A stretch of 63,712 bases of DNA, filler included, from Octopus bimaculoides (GCF_001194135.2; 6 parts of 6 records of this genome joined end to end with filler, not necessarily neighbours in it), one strand, 5' to 3'. Shown: positions 1 to 12,466, numbered from the whole stretch's first letter. Translations and numbers: made by a program. Notes: generated by a model from the letters alone, not told the origin.

Positions 1-104
1 ATATATATATATATATATATATATGTCTCTTAAAAGATAGACCTCAAAATCGATGCATTGAAGATACTTTATTGCAGCAACAATTATAATAACAGAAACA
101 ACCA

Positions 105-225
105 CAATAAGCACATTTCAATAGGGTATCCAGGATAAATAAACCACATCGCAAGATGTCTCGTAAAATATTGTAACATATTACAACATATTACAAATTG
201 TTGGATACTCCATCTCTTCAGGGTC
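105..225 (-). ncRNA. Degenerate type I hammerhead-like motif with long branched helix II
   Basis: Minus strand CUGAAGA (221-215); helix II GAUGGAGUAUCCA (214-202) pairs with UGGAUACCCUAUU (132-120) at 12/13 positions; GAAA (119-116) follows directly; helix III and helix I decayed. Confidence 0.35.
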
Positions 226-309
226 GCATTATTGCCATCACCAATACTACTATTATTAGCAAAACACACACATCATCCAAGAGGGGGAAAGAATAATCGA
301 CGGTACGCA

Positions 310-420
310 ACCTACCATCGTTATTTTCTTTCAGAATGTAAACAATCAAATCAAATCAAATCCAGTGACGTACACCGCCCGGTTTACAGCGTAAAAATCC
401 CTCGCCAAAAATTTTTCCCC
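310..420 (-). promoter_or_regulatory. CpG-rich promoter/first-exon-like segment
   Basis: Minus strand reads TTTTGGCG (E2F-like), GGGCGG (GC box), TACGTCA (CRE-like), then aacgATG|GTAGGT (ATG at 318-316 followed by a donor-like site). Confidence 0.25.
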
Positions 421-479
421 CATATACATCAAGATTTCCTAATAGATCTTTCTATAACCATAATATATCAATTATACCC

Positions 480-858
480 ACCCGTACACACGCACACACA
501 CCCCCGCTCACACACCCACACCCACACACACACACATACACATATATACCTATACTTACATACACACACCCATATATATCTATATATATTTTTTTAATAT
601 ATAACCTATATAACCATATACACACAAACACATATATACATACACATATCCATGTACATACATATACACACATACATATACACACACATATACACCCACA
701 TATAAAGGCACACAGATACACACATACATATACATATATACGTATACATACTCATATACACACATACGTGCATACATACATACATATAGCTATACCTCCA
801 TATATACACATACATACACCTATACATATGCACATACACACATACAAACATATACACA
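480..858. repeat. Compound (CA)/(TA)/(CATA) microsatellite
   Basis: Direct reading; runs into an N gap. Confidence 0.95.
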
Positions 859-1630
859 NNNNNNNNNNNNNNNNNNNNNNNNNNNNNNNNNNNNNNNNNN
901 NNNNNNNNNNNNNNNNNNNNNNNNNNNNNNNNNNNNNNNNNNNNNNNNNNNNNNNNNNNNNNNNNNNNNNNNNNNNNNNNNNNNNNNNNNNNNNNNNNNN
1001 NNNNNNNNNNNNNNNNNNNNNNNNNNNNNNNNNNNNNNNNNNNNNNNNNNNNNNNNNNNNNNNNNNNNNNNNNNNNNNNNNNNNNNNNNNNNNNNNNNNN
1101 NNNNNNNNNNNNNNNNNNNNNNNNNNNNNNNNNNNNNNNNNNNNNNNNNNNNNNNNNNNNNNNNNNNNNNNNNNNNNNNNNNNNNNNNNNNNNNNNNNNN
1201 NNNNNNNNNNNNNNNNNNNNNNNNNNNNNNNNNNNNNNNNNNNNNNNNNNNNNNNNNNNNNNNNNNNNNNNNNNNNNNNNNNNNNNNNNNNNNNNNNNNN
1301 NNNNNNNNNNNNNNNNNNNNNNNNNNNNNNNNNNNNNNNNNNNNNNNNNNNNNNNNNNNNNNNNNNNNNNNNNNNNNNNNNNNNNNNNNNNNNNNNNNNN
1401 NNNNNNNNNNNNNNNNNNNNNNNNNNNNNNNNNNNNNNNNNNNNNNNNNNNNNNNNNNNNNNNNNNNNNNNNNNNNNNNNNNNNNNNNNNNNNNNNNNNN
1501 NNNNNNNNNNNNNNNNNNNNNNNNNNNNNNNNNNNNNNNNNNNNNNNNNNNNNNNNNNNNNNNNNNNNNNNNNNNNNNNNNNNNNNNNNNNNNNNNNNNN
1601 NNNNNNNNNNNNNNNNNNNNNNNNNNNNNN

Positions 1631-1680
<50 letters not shown>

Positions 1681-2436
1681 CGTATGTATGTATGTATGTA
1701 TGTTTAAATCTGATGTGAGTGTTTATAGCCGTTAGTCATTCTATGTTAACTGCATCTTTATTCGATACATCATTGTAGTCAATGGCTAGCTATTTGTATA
1801 AGCTCATTCTATACGTATGCATGTATGTACGATTCACATTAGGTCTATACAATTAATGAACGCGCGTTTACTTCTGTATCTGTTCGTGTATATACATTCA
1901 AATATATGTACCATATTTACTTTTTATTGGTTCTAGTCTGTTGATTATGGTTCTGCTGGTGCACTGCCTTATATATTAATTCACAGACACACAGACACAC
2001 ACACATTCTCACAGACACTCTCACACACGCGCGCGCGCAGACAGACATTCATATAAATTCTTATATAGATATATTTGGTACATGCTTTCACACACGTGTA
2101 ACTGCTAAAAGAAATATTGGATTGATAGATAAATACATAAGCGCTTATATAGAAAGACAGTTACATGTTGTTATGAGTGTAAATATTGCTTCACTACGTA
2201 TTAAAGAAACGGAGACAGAATGTTCTTGTCTGAAGAAATGAGAGATTTGAAAGATGGAAGAAAAGGGAACCATGTTAAAAGTAACACAAATACACACACA
2301 TACACACACAGATACAGACACACCGACACACAGACACACACACACAGATACAGACACACCGATACACAGACACACACACACATACATACACACAGATAGA
2401 TAGATAGATAGCTAGATAGAGAGTGAAAGAGAGACG

Positions 2437-2570
2437 GTGTGGGCACGTGGCCTAGTAGTTAGGATGTTGCACTCATATTCGCGAGATTGTGGTTTCGATT
2501 CCCTAAGCTAGGTTACATTCTTGAGCAAAAAAACTTGATTTGATGTTGCTCTGCAACCACTTCGACACCG
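2437..2570 (+). mobile_element. Degenerate tRNA-derived SINE head (family C type)
   Basis: A-box-like TGGCCTAGTAG and B-box GGTTTCGATTCC followed by CTTGAGCAAAA; homologous to 36897-37030. Confidence 0.6.
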
Positions 2571-2757
2571 TTACACTCGTCAATTTGATGAAGGAAGTGA
2601 GCTAAGTTACGACACAAACATTTGACCGCTATAAAAACATCATGTGTGCATGTTGTTCAGCAAGAATTTTTAGAACCATCGTCTGTCGTCTACGACAGGA
2701 GTCCATGGGATAAAAAGACAGCTACACCCCCATCATACATACATATACACAATTGTG

Positions 2758-3135
2758 TTGGCACTCCGTCGCTACGACGTCGAGGGTTCCAGTTGATCCG
2801 ATCAACGGAACAGCCTGCTCGTGAAATTAACGTGCAAGTGACTGAGCACTCCACAGACACGTGTACCCTTAATGTAGTTCTCGGGGATATTCAGCGTGAC
2901 ACAGTGTGACAAGGCTGGCCCTTTGAATTACAGGTACAACAGAAACAGGAAGAAAGAGTGAGAGAAAGTTGTGGTGAAAGAGTACAGCAGGGTTCGCCAC
3001 CATCCACTGCTGGAGCCTCGTGGAGCTTTAGGTGTTTTCGCTCAATAAACACTCACAATTCCCGGTCTGGGAATCGAAACCGCGATCCTATGACCACGCG
3101 TCCGCTGCCCTAACCACTGGGCCATTGCGCCTCCA
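2758..3135 (-). mobile_element. tRNA-derived SINE family A, full length
   Basis: Head GGAGGCGCAATGGCCCAGTGGTTAGG with B-box GGTTTCGATTCC; near-identical to eight other copies in the window. Confidence 0.9.
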
Positions 3136-3284
3136 CACATATACACTACAGAAGCTGCTAATTGTGATCACCTGGGACAGAGGTTTCACATGTCAATGAC
3201 CGGTTCATAGAATTAAGTAGAATATATAGTAATATCCTGAGCGCATTAATTTTAATAACGATAACATCCATTCTACTATAGGCA

Positions 3285-3400
3285 TAAGGCGTGATATTGG
3301 TGGGGGAAGCTATTCGATTACACCGACCCCAGTGCACAACTGGTACTTATTTCATCGACCCCGAAAGGATGAAAGGCAGAATTTGAACTCATATTGTAAA
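3285..3400 (-). mobile_element. SINE family D 3' fragment
   Basis: CGACCCCAGTGC...GGTACTTATTTCATCGACCCCGAAAGGATGAAAGGC, shared with 46465-47125 and 52925-53232. Confidence 0.75.
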
Positions 3401-3735
3401 AACGGACGAAAGGCCTAACTATTTAATATCATTATAGAGGGAGTNNNNNNNNNNNNNTTATTAACTTTTGTGCTTCATTTTGTTTCATTATGTTTAGAAA
3501 GGTAGGAGAGATTTAATTAAAAATCCAATTAAAATAGGTATTCCTTAGATAAATCCATGAAGAAATAAGGAAAAGAGTATTCATCCAATATTGTAACTGC
3601 TAAAATCAATTTTCCCTTGCGATGGATTACTATTAAATCATTCACTCTGTTTTGATTCTACTCATTACCAATTCTACTGATTACCATTTTTCTTGTGCAT
3701 ACCTTTAATTTGAAACATCTTGACGAAGGCAAACC

Positions 3736-3794
<59 letters not shown>

Positions 3795-3795
3795 C

Positions 3796-3920
3796 ACGAC
3801 GGGCTTCTTTCAGTTTACGTCTATCAAATCCATTCACAAGGCTTTGCTCAGGCTAAAGTAAAAGACACTTGCCCAATATGCAATGCAGTGCGACTGAATC
3901 CAGAAGCATATGGTGGGGAA
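3796..3920 (-). mobile_element. SINE family B 5' half next to (TG)n
   Basis: GACGGGCTTCTTTCAGTTT...GACACTTGCCCAA matches the full copies at 13819 and 56067. Confidence 0.75.
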
Positions 3921-4009
3921 TTATCCAAATCACAAAGAATTCCTCTCAACACATCGTTGTTATTATTATTATTATTGTTATTATTATTGTTGTTGTTGTT
4001 GTTGTTGTA

Positions 4010-4049
<40 letters not shown>

Positions 4050-4054
<5 letters not shown>

Positions 4055-4472
4055 GAGTAGTCTAATTTTTATCACATGCTTTAACTGCACTACCGAACGC
4101 AGATCTGTGTGCCTTGAATATGTGTTGTAGTTTGTTGTGGCGCTCTTAGTTTCACTGTAGGATGTGTGCGGTGTCTAGTAATGCTATTTTCTGTGTGTTA
4201 TATACACTTGTTAAGTCCTGGAGTTTTTGCTATGTATTTGTCTGAATGCGTTTTTATCCTACCTAATGCGACTACTATGTTAGGAACTGTTTCTGTCTTT
4301 AGGCTCCACATTCGAGTTAGCTCTATTTCCAGATCTTTGTATTTTGAAAGTTTCTTCGTTTCTTTTAGAGAAAAATTGTCATCTGCTGGTATTGATACAT
4401 CAATTAGAAAGCATTTTTTTCTTGATGATCTCTGACAACTGTAACCAGCCTATTGGCCTTAATTTCTCTATC
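4050..4472 (-). mobile_element. R4/Dong-type non-LTR retrotransposon 3' fragment (restriction-like endonuclease)
   Basis: Manual translation DREIKANRLVTVVRDHQEKKCFLIDVSIPADDNFSLKETKKLSKYKDLEIELTRMWSLKTETVP (PD-(D/E)xK RLE region, PD mutated), later frameshift; (TAA)n/(TTG)n on both sides. Confidence 0.85.
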
Positions 4473-4484
4473 TTGTTGTTGTTG

Positions 4485-4554
<70 letters not shown>

Positions 4555-4687
4555 GGCGGCGTGCTTGCCGAATTGTTAGCACCCTTAAAGAAATGAAGCT
4601 AAACATTTTCTCTTACACTAACAATAGTGTCTAACAAGAACAACAGCAACAACAACAATAAAATTAATAAAAATAAAAATAGTAATG

Positions 4688-4747
<60 letters not shown>

Positions 4748-4761
4748 TTAATAATAATAAT

Positions 4762-4794
<33 letters not shown>

Positions 4795-5022
4795 TAGCTC
4801 TTCCGCTCTTTGACAGGTCATATTTTTCGTCCTCCATAGTATCCAACGATCACCCTCCTCACCAACCAAGCTTGATTGGGTTGCCAGTTTAGTCACCGAC
4901 GACCCGCAGCAGGTTGTATTGGTAACATACATACATACAAACACACACACACACACACATACACACACACACGCACACACACACACACACATACACACAC
5001 ACACACATATATATATGTATAT

Positions 5023-5123
5023 ATATAATTTAGAGAAAAACCAACTATTAACAAATTCAACAATGAAAAATATAATCACTCTTCAGGTCTAAAGTAAATC
5101 ATAAGAATAATAAAAATAATAAA

Positions 5124-5154
<31 letters not shown>

Positions 5155-6188
5155 TCAATGTACGTATCTAATCTTATATTAAAATATCAAATAAATTGAG
5201 AAAAATACTTGTTTTAACAATAAATAATATAAAAATATTTAACAACATTACTTAAAATAGAAACATAACTTATCGAAGAATTTCTGTTAAACTAAAATTT
5301 CAAACGTAACACGAAGAACTTAGCGTTTATAAGAAATATATCGCGTGAAAATACGGCGTAAATAAAAAAAAATAAATAAATAGATAGGATATGTATTTAA
5401 ACTGTTAAAATGACAAAATGTATTTTAGCTGTGAGAATAAGAAAAAAATTAACTGCAAAATTATAGTGTAAATACTCTAAAACTAAAAACATATATACAT
5501 ATGTTAAGCTAAATTTCTAAAATTAATCTATTTTCATTAAATTATTTATTTATTTAAAAAAGGACTTCTTAGTTTGATCCTATTCTAAATATGTAATACA
5601 CCCAATATAATCTCGTGCTAATATACACATTTAACTACTACAAATTATATCTACAACAATTAGTATCATACAAATATACACAAATTAGTTAAACTTATAT
5701 AAGTAATTTAACTTATGTCTACATTTAATTTTACATTCCTCTAGGGTATTAAAGAACTTTTTTATTATTAGTTAATATCTCCTAAAATTCATTAGTGCAT
5801 AATAAACAAATAAATAATATTTTTCGATTATTTATTGTTAAAACAAGTATTATTCTATATTCATTTGATATTTTATTATATTTATTATATTTATTTGATA
5901 TTTTATTATAAGATTAGATACGTACATTGATTTTATTATTTTTATTTTTATTATTCTTATAGTTTATTTTAGACCTGAAGAGTGACTATATTTTTAGATC
6001 GAATCGAATTTATTTTAAATATAGACACGAAACGCGCGCAGTCTTTTAATGTTATTTACTATTTATTGATTGCGTAATTTATTGATTTTTGGAACAGAGT
6101 TTTTGTGATATATTTGTTTTTCTAGATGTTTTGAATGACATTTTTCATTGTTGAATTTGTTAATAGTTGGTTTTTCTCTAAATTATAT
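5023..6188. mobile_element. AT-rich foldback element with long inverted arms (Penelope pLTR-like)
   Basis: 5023-5230 is the reverse complement of blocks in 5811-6188, e.g. TCACTCTTCAGGTCTAAA / TTTAGACCTGAAGAGTGA; right arm carries an HHR motif. Confidence 0.7.
5971..6044 (+). ncRNA. Type I hammerhead motif, cleavage triplet mutated (GCA)
   Basis: Helix I AGAC/GUCU; CUGAAGA 5975-5981; helix II GUG..CUAUAUUU/AAAUAUAG..CAC; GAAA 6029-6032; helix III ACGCGCG(C), one change from the palindrome ACGCGCGU. Confidence 0.65.
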
Positions 6189-6273
6189 GTGTTGTATATT
6201 GGGAAATTTGATATAGAATTGCTAAATTGAATTTTCACTGTAAGTTTTTGAATCGTATTCCCTATTATTATTA

Positions 6274-6344
<71 letters not shown>

Positions 6345-6432
6345 GTTATTATTATTCCCTATATTCCTCCTTTTCCATAATAATTCCTTATTTCGAACTC
6401 AAATATTTACCTCTATTTAACCATCTCACATC

Positions 6433-6480
6433 GTCTCTGATGAAAGGATATCCATAATGTCCCAGAAACAGCTGTAAAAC
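6433..6480 (+). ncRNA. Minimal type I hammerhead motif
   Basis: GUCU-CUGAUGA-AA-GGAUA(uccauaa)UGUCC-CA-GAAA, palindromic helix III ACAGCUGU, cleavage triplet GUA, helix I 3/4 paired. Confidence 0.65.
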
Positions 6481-7118
6481 TATATCTATATCTCTTTCCT
6501 TATAAATCTCCTGGAAACTCCTCACAACCTTGGCTTTGTTATCTCATTTTGTTTAATATATATATGAATGCTAATACAAGACCCACATTAGATTCCTCTC
6601 TCGTATCACTATCGAACCAAGAGTTTAACTACAGTCTGTCCATAGCACTTACTTTGCGTTACCTGCCACTCTTTGGGTCTTCTAGATACCAATACCGCTC
6701 ATATATATATAAAGACAACCTGAAGATCTTCATTGATCAATTCTGGTCATGTGTTGGAAATGACAATATTGTAACAAGATTTTCTTGGGTCGTATTTTTT
6801 TACACGTGGTGGAAAGAACAGTCTAGTGCCACCCATTATTCTGCTATCTGTAGTAATTAGCACGTATGCCATATTAATGGACGTGCCTATGTTGTTTGAA
6901 GTATTCATCTAGCTTTACATTCACTCTCCCTCCATATATACTAACATCTCCCTAAGCCAGTTCTCACAAATGACATACTACAATAGGATGCAACTCTGTT
7001 GAAGACCACTCTGCTCCTAAATTAAAGACTCATTAGTGATAATTGCTACTAAATTTCTAATTAAAATTGGTGTTTTCTTGAGTTTGAAACGAACATATAT
7101 CTATATATATATATATAT

Positions 7119-7514
7119 AATTTAAATATAGGATAAAATCATTATAAGAATTTATCAAGTAGTTAGCGTGAAAAAACCTCATAAGGGAAAAGTGTATTAA
7201 TTATTCCGTATAAATATATTTAGTTACATTAAGGGCATTACTATACATAAATGCCTCAAGCTAGGAGGGACTCTTAAAGTCAAAATTACCATAATAAACA
7301 CATTTTACCGAACGCGAGGGAATGCAATGTGTTTGTTATAGTAGTTTTGACTTTAAGAATCCCTCCTAGCGTGAGGCATTTATGTATAGTAATGCCCTTA
7401 ATATAAATAAATATATATATATACGGAATAATTAATAAATTTTTCCCTTATGAGGTTTTTTTCCTGCTAACTGCTTGATGAATTCTTATAAAGATTTTAT
7501 CCCATATTTAAATT
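7119..7514. repeat. ~395 bp imperfect palindrome (foldback/MITE-like) beside (TA)n
   Basis: Arms ~7119-7300 and ~7330-7514 are reverse complements, e.g. AAGGGCATTACTATACATAAATGCCTC / GAGGCATTTATGTATAGTAATGCCCTT. Confidence 0.85.
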
Positions 7515-7702
7515 GTAAATTTAACCAGATTATATTCAGTGCTGAATTTTATTCTGAACAAACACGTGTACCGAGATGCAATTCCAAAAGCCCGCCTCTT
7601 ACATAGATATATAGGTATAAACAATTTTTATGTACTACGCTGGATACATGGCGTGTTCGTCTGGTATGTTGATTTTTGTTTATTTTTATGGATCTTGACT
7701 AT

Positions 7703-7765
7703 GCGTGTACTGAAGAGCAAAGAGTTCAGATTGTTCGCTGATTGCGAAATCATATGATATACCGT
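7703..7765 (+). ncRNA. Type I hammerhead ribozyme with intact catalytic core
   Basis: CUGAAGA 7710-7716; helix II GCAA/UUGC plus UCAG/CUGA; GAAA 7746-7749; palindromic helix III AUCAUAUGAU; AUA triplet (cut 3' of 7759); helix I GCG(U)GUA/UACCGU. Confidence 0.75.
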
Positions 7766-7835
7766 CACGTCTGATTTTAGGAGGCTCACTTATGTATATA
7801 TATATATGTATATATATATGTATATATATATATGT

Positions 7836-7881
<46 letters not shown>

Positions 7882-7884
<3 letters not shown>

Positions 7885-8056
7885 GGGGAGACCCCCTTCG
7901 GTCATGAATGACCATGAGATTGCACCTAGAAAGTTATCCTCCGAGGCACAAGTCCAGGCAAGATTGTTTGTGAAAGGCTAGCAGTCGCCCATGCATACCA
8001 GCCTCCCCTTTCCACACCACTGATGTTATCCAAGGAAAAGGCAAAGGCCGATACAG
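7882..8056 (-). mobile_element. SINE family C 3' half
   Basis: Reverse complement of 37060-37228 (GGTCATGAATGACCATG...GGCAAAGGC). Confidence 0.8.
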
Positions 8057-8689
8057 NNNNNNNNNNNNNNNNNNNNNNNNNNNNNNNNNNNNNNNNNNNN
8101 NNNNNNNNNNNNNNNNNNNNNNNNNNNNNNNNNNNNNNNNNNNNNNNNNNNNNNNNNNNNNNNNNNNNNNNNNNNNNNNNNNNNNNNNNNNNNNNNNNNN
8201 NNNNNNNNNNNNNNNNNNNNNNNNNNNNNNNNNNNNNNNNNNNNNNNNNNNNNNNNNNNNNNNNNNNNNNNNNNNNNNNNNNNNNNNNNNNNNNNNNNNN
8301 NNNNNNNNNNNNNNNNNNNNNNNNNNNNNNNNNNNNNNNNNNNNNNNNNNNNNNNNNNNNNNNNNNNNNNNNNNNNNNNNNNNNNNNNNNNNNNNNNNNN
8401 NNNNNNNNNNNNNNNNNNNNNNNNNNNNNNNNNNNNNNNNNNNNNNNNNNNNNNNNNNNNNNNNNNNNNNNNNNNNNNNNNNNNNNNNNNNNNNNNNNNN
8501 NNNNNNNNNNNNNNNNNNNNNNNNNNNNNNNNNNNNNNNNNNNNNNNNNNNNNNNNNNNNNNNNNNNNNNNNNNNNNNNNNNNNNNNNNNNNNNNNNNNN
8601 NNNNNNNNNNNNNNNNNNNNNNNNNNNNNNNNNNNNNTTGTGTGCATGTGTGTGTATGTATATATACCTATGTGTGTGTGTCTTTGTGC

Positions 8690-8890
8690 CCGTGTTTGAG
8701 CCCCACCGCCGCATGACAACCGGTGTTGGTGTGTTTACGTCCCCATAACTTAGCTCTTCGGCATAAGTGACCAATAGAATAAGTACCAGGCTTAAAATAT
8801 AAGTACTTCGGTTGATTCATTGAACTAAAAGTTCAAGACAGAGGCACAGCATGACCGCAGTGATATGACTGAAACAAGTAGAAGATAAAA
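8690..8890 (+). mobile_element. SINE family B 3' half
   Basis: GTGTTTACGTCCCCATAACTTAG...ATGACTGAAACAAG. Confidence 0.8.
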
Positions 8891-9239
8891 TGTACTGCTT
8901 ATACTCTGTGTAGTGGAAACATGTTTCGGTTAGCGTAATAATAAATGTGAAATAAAAAGAAATAAATTATGAGTATGTACTAGTCTCCATATTCTCTACC
9001 GATCTTAATTATTGCAAATATACTCTCCAGATAATAATACTCTCCAGTGAAACGAACACAGATTTACTCATCGGAGGAATTTTACAGCGTGAGTGACAAC
9101 TCCTAGTAGTCATAGATGTTAAATACTTACCATAACACAGAACATGAGTGAGACCTACCACGGTATGCGCCCGGGTAATATATCCCTCTAAACACACAGA
9201 CACACATACACACACATATACATATAAGCAATGTAAGTA

Positions 9240-9440
9240 TACGTGGCCCGTTGACGATTTTTTCTCTTCCTCCTTCTTTGGACTTTTCTCTTTCTTCTTT
9301 CCGACGAAAAGCTATGCTCGAAACGTTAAGCTCTCTCCTTTCACCGAGCGTCAAGCTAATACACTTCTTGTGCACGTCATCACGTTCATTATTTCTCTTT
9401 ATATTTTCGTTTTTTTCGTTTTTTATCCGTTTATTTGAAT
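9240..9440 (+). mobile_element. Short non-autonomous element with degenerate HHR scaffold (related to 26040 and 53700)
   Basis: CCGACGA-A-AAGC(UAU)GCUC-GAAACGUU at 9301-9327, then GAGCGTCAAGCTAATACAC like the other copies. Confidence 0.55.
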
Positions 9441-9468
9441 TGTTTCTTTATTTGAATTGACTATATAT

Positions 9469-9502
9469 ACGTGGTCTGACCAATAAGTATCCGGATTGCT
9501 GC
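9469..9502 (+). mobile_element. Isolated mariner-like terminal repeat
   Basis: TA-CGTGGTCTGACCAATAAGTATCCGGA resembles mariner TIRs; no partner end found. Confidence 0.3.
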
Positions 9503-9590
9503 CATAGTAACGCCGCTAAATCACGCAGAGTAAAGCCACTTGGCACAGGTTGACCTTAACTTCTGCTATGCATGCGCATTAAGCTTTAAC

Positions 9591-9641
<51 letters not shown>

Positions 9642-10656
9642 TTTATATACACATACACACACATATATATATATACGCACGCACACAATACATGTTTATA
9701 TACACACACGTATATACATGTAAGTGGTCAGATCGATATATAGATATATAGATAGATAGATACATACATACATACATACATACATACATTCATACATATA
9801 TATTGATATATACACGCACATATTCATATATGCGTGTGTATGTATAACTCCTCATATGTGTGTGTCTAGGTAATAATCTATATATGTATTGTGTATGAAT
9901 GTACATTTGTATGTATGTATGTATGTTTGTATGTATGTATGTATGTATGTATGTATGCATGCATGTATGCATGTATGTATGTATGTATGTATGTGTGTAT
10001 GTATGTATCTATGTATGTATGCATGTATGTATGTACGGGCACAGAATTTCAATTTTTAACTTACAACTTTATTGACAGTATTAAAAGTATGTGCATCTTT
10101 TTTTCTCAATTAATGTTCACAGCATTTATTCCTTTAGAAAAACATCATAAAACTCTCTCTTCCTCTCTCTCTCTCCCTCTGTATATATATATATATATAC
10201 TTTATTTAAAAGCAGCAGAAATATAACAAAAAAACCGTTACTCTGAGTTTCACGTTCNNNNNNNNNNNNNNNNNNNNNNNNNNNNNNNNNNNNNNNNNNN
10301 NNNNNNNNNNNNNNNNNNNNNNNNNNNNNNNNNNNNNNNNNNNNNNNNNNNNNNNNNNNNNNNNNNNNNNNNNNNNNNNNNNNNNNNNNNNNNNNNNNNN
10401 NNNNNNNNNNNNNNNNNNNNNNNNNNNNNNNNNNNNNNNNNNNNNNNNNNNNNNNNNNNNNNNNNNNNNNNNNNNNNNNNNNNNNNNNNNNNNNNNNNNN
10501 NNNNNNNNNNNNNNNNNNNNNNNNNNNNNNNNNNNNNNNNNNNNNNNNNNNNNNNNNNNNNNNNNNNNNNNNNNNNNNNNNNNNNNNNNNNNNNNNNNNN
10601 NNNNNNNNNNNNNNNNNNNNNNNNNNNNNNNNNNNNNNNNNNNNNNNNNNNNNNNN

Positions 10657-10704
<48 letters not shown>

Positions 10705-11555
10705 TTGTATGTGTGCGTGTGACGGTATACATATGTATGTGTCTGTATATGTACGTATCTATATATTTCAGTATATATGTGTATGTATAGAGATGCAAAT
10801 ATGTGTGTGTGCGTGTGTGCATGTGTGTGTTTGTATGTGTGTGTGTGCATGCGTGCGTGCGTGTGTGTATGTGTGCATATGTATGTAAGTATGTATAATT
10901 TTTGCTATAGAGCAAAATATAGATCAATGTTCCACGACTAGATACACATAGATACGCCAGTAACAGACATATTGGCATAAAATTAAACGATCAAACAAAA
11001 TGATAGACACGTATATTAGTGTGCTTGTGTGTGTAACTTTTAGTGATGACCGAGTGTATATATGTGTGCCAATGTACTTAGACATATGTGTGTTTACATG
11101 CTTTTGTGTCTGTATGTGTGTACCTGTGCGGACGTGCAAACGTGGGAACATGTGTGATCGTCTGCTTCCCTATCGATGTATCATCTGCTCACAGACAAAT
11201 TTAAGGTGAAGTCGAATTATTTAAAGTACTTTATAGAAAGAAAGAAAGAGGGAAGGAATTGATGTGAGGAATAGAAATACGAGAGAGAGAGGGGGGAGAG
11301 AAAGAAAAGTAGCATTGGAAGTGAGAGAAGGAGTGAAGAAAGAAAAGGAGGGTTACTAAGTAAGAAAGAAGTTACGGGAGAGAAGAGAAAAGGTATGAAA
11401 TATTTTAGAGTGTGAATAAACAAGGTTATAAGGAGAAAAGAAAGAGAGGACGAGAGAGAGAGAGAGAGAAAAGTGAGAAGAGGGGAAAAAGAGAGACAAG
11501 GTAGTGGGAATGAACGAAATATGTGAGAAATAGAGGGGGGAAAATCTTTATATTT

Positions 11556-11619
<64 letters not shown>

Positions 11620-11710
11620 AAGAATGAGGGGTTTGATTTGAGGTTGAGAAAGATTCATTTATACGTACTTATACTCACAGTTATATGTATGTATGTATGT
11701 ATGTATGTGC

Positions 11711-11742
<32 letters not shown>

Positions 11743-11804
11743 GTATGGATATATACACACACACACACAATATACATACATACATACATTCACATACATG
11801 CTTC

Positions 11805-11858
11805 ATTTTTGTATATGCATGTATGTATGTGTGTATGAGTGTGTGTATGTATATATAT

Positions 11859-11909
<51 letters not shown>

Positions 11910-12415
11910 TGCATACACACATATACATACATACATAAGCATATACATACACATCGTGTGTATGTAGTAAAGAGAGAGGTAGGAGGAAATATGATGAAAG
12001 TGTGGGGGTGAGAATGAATGAGGAGTTATGAAAGAGACGAAGAAGAAAGGGAAAGTAGACAAACAGACAGAAAGTGACAGAGAAGATGAGGAAGTAGGGG
12101 GGGAGCAGAAGTTAAACAAGAGAGTGAAAAAGTGAGGAGACAGAGAACGAAGGAAAGTATAATGTGAGAAAGAAGAAAGAGATGGAAAGAAGGCAATGCG
12201 AGAGAGGTGGGGAGAGATGCCTAGAGGGAAAAAGGTGAAAGGTAGGAAATAGAAATAAGGGGGTTGAGTGGAAACGGGAGGGCAGAGGAAGAGAGACATG
12301 CAAGGATGTATGATTTAATATATATATATATATATAAAATATATAGTTTTAGGGAAAATAACCACACGATGTGTATGTATATGCTTATGTATGTATGTAT
12401 ATGTGTGTATGCATA

Positions 12416-12466
<51 letters not shown>

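Noticed and set aside
2230-2255. CUGAAGA...GAAA
   Set aside because: Helix II is out of register and there is no cleavage triplet or helix I.
5230-5810. Very AT-rich core resembling mitochondrial DNA (NUMT)
   Set aside because: No recognisable mitochondrial gene, tRNA or rRNA motif; explained as the interior of a foldback element.
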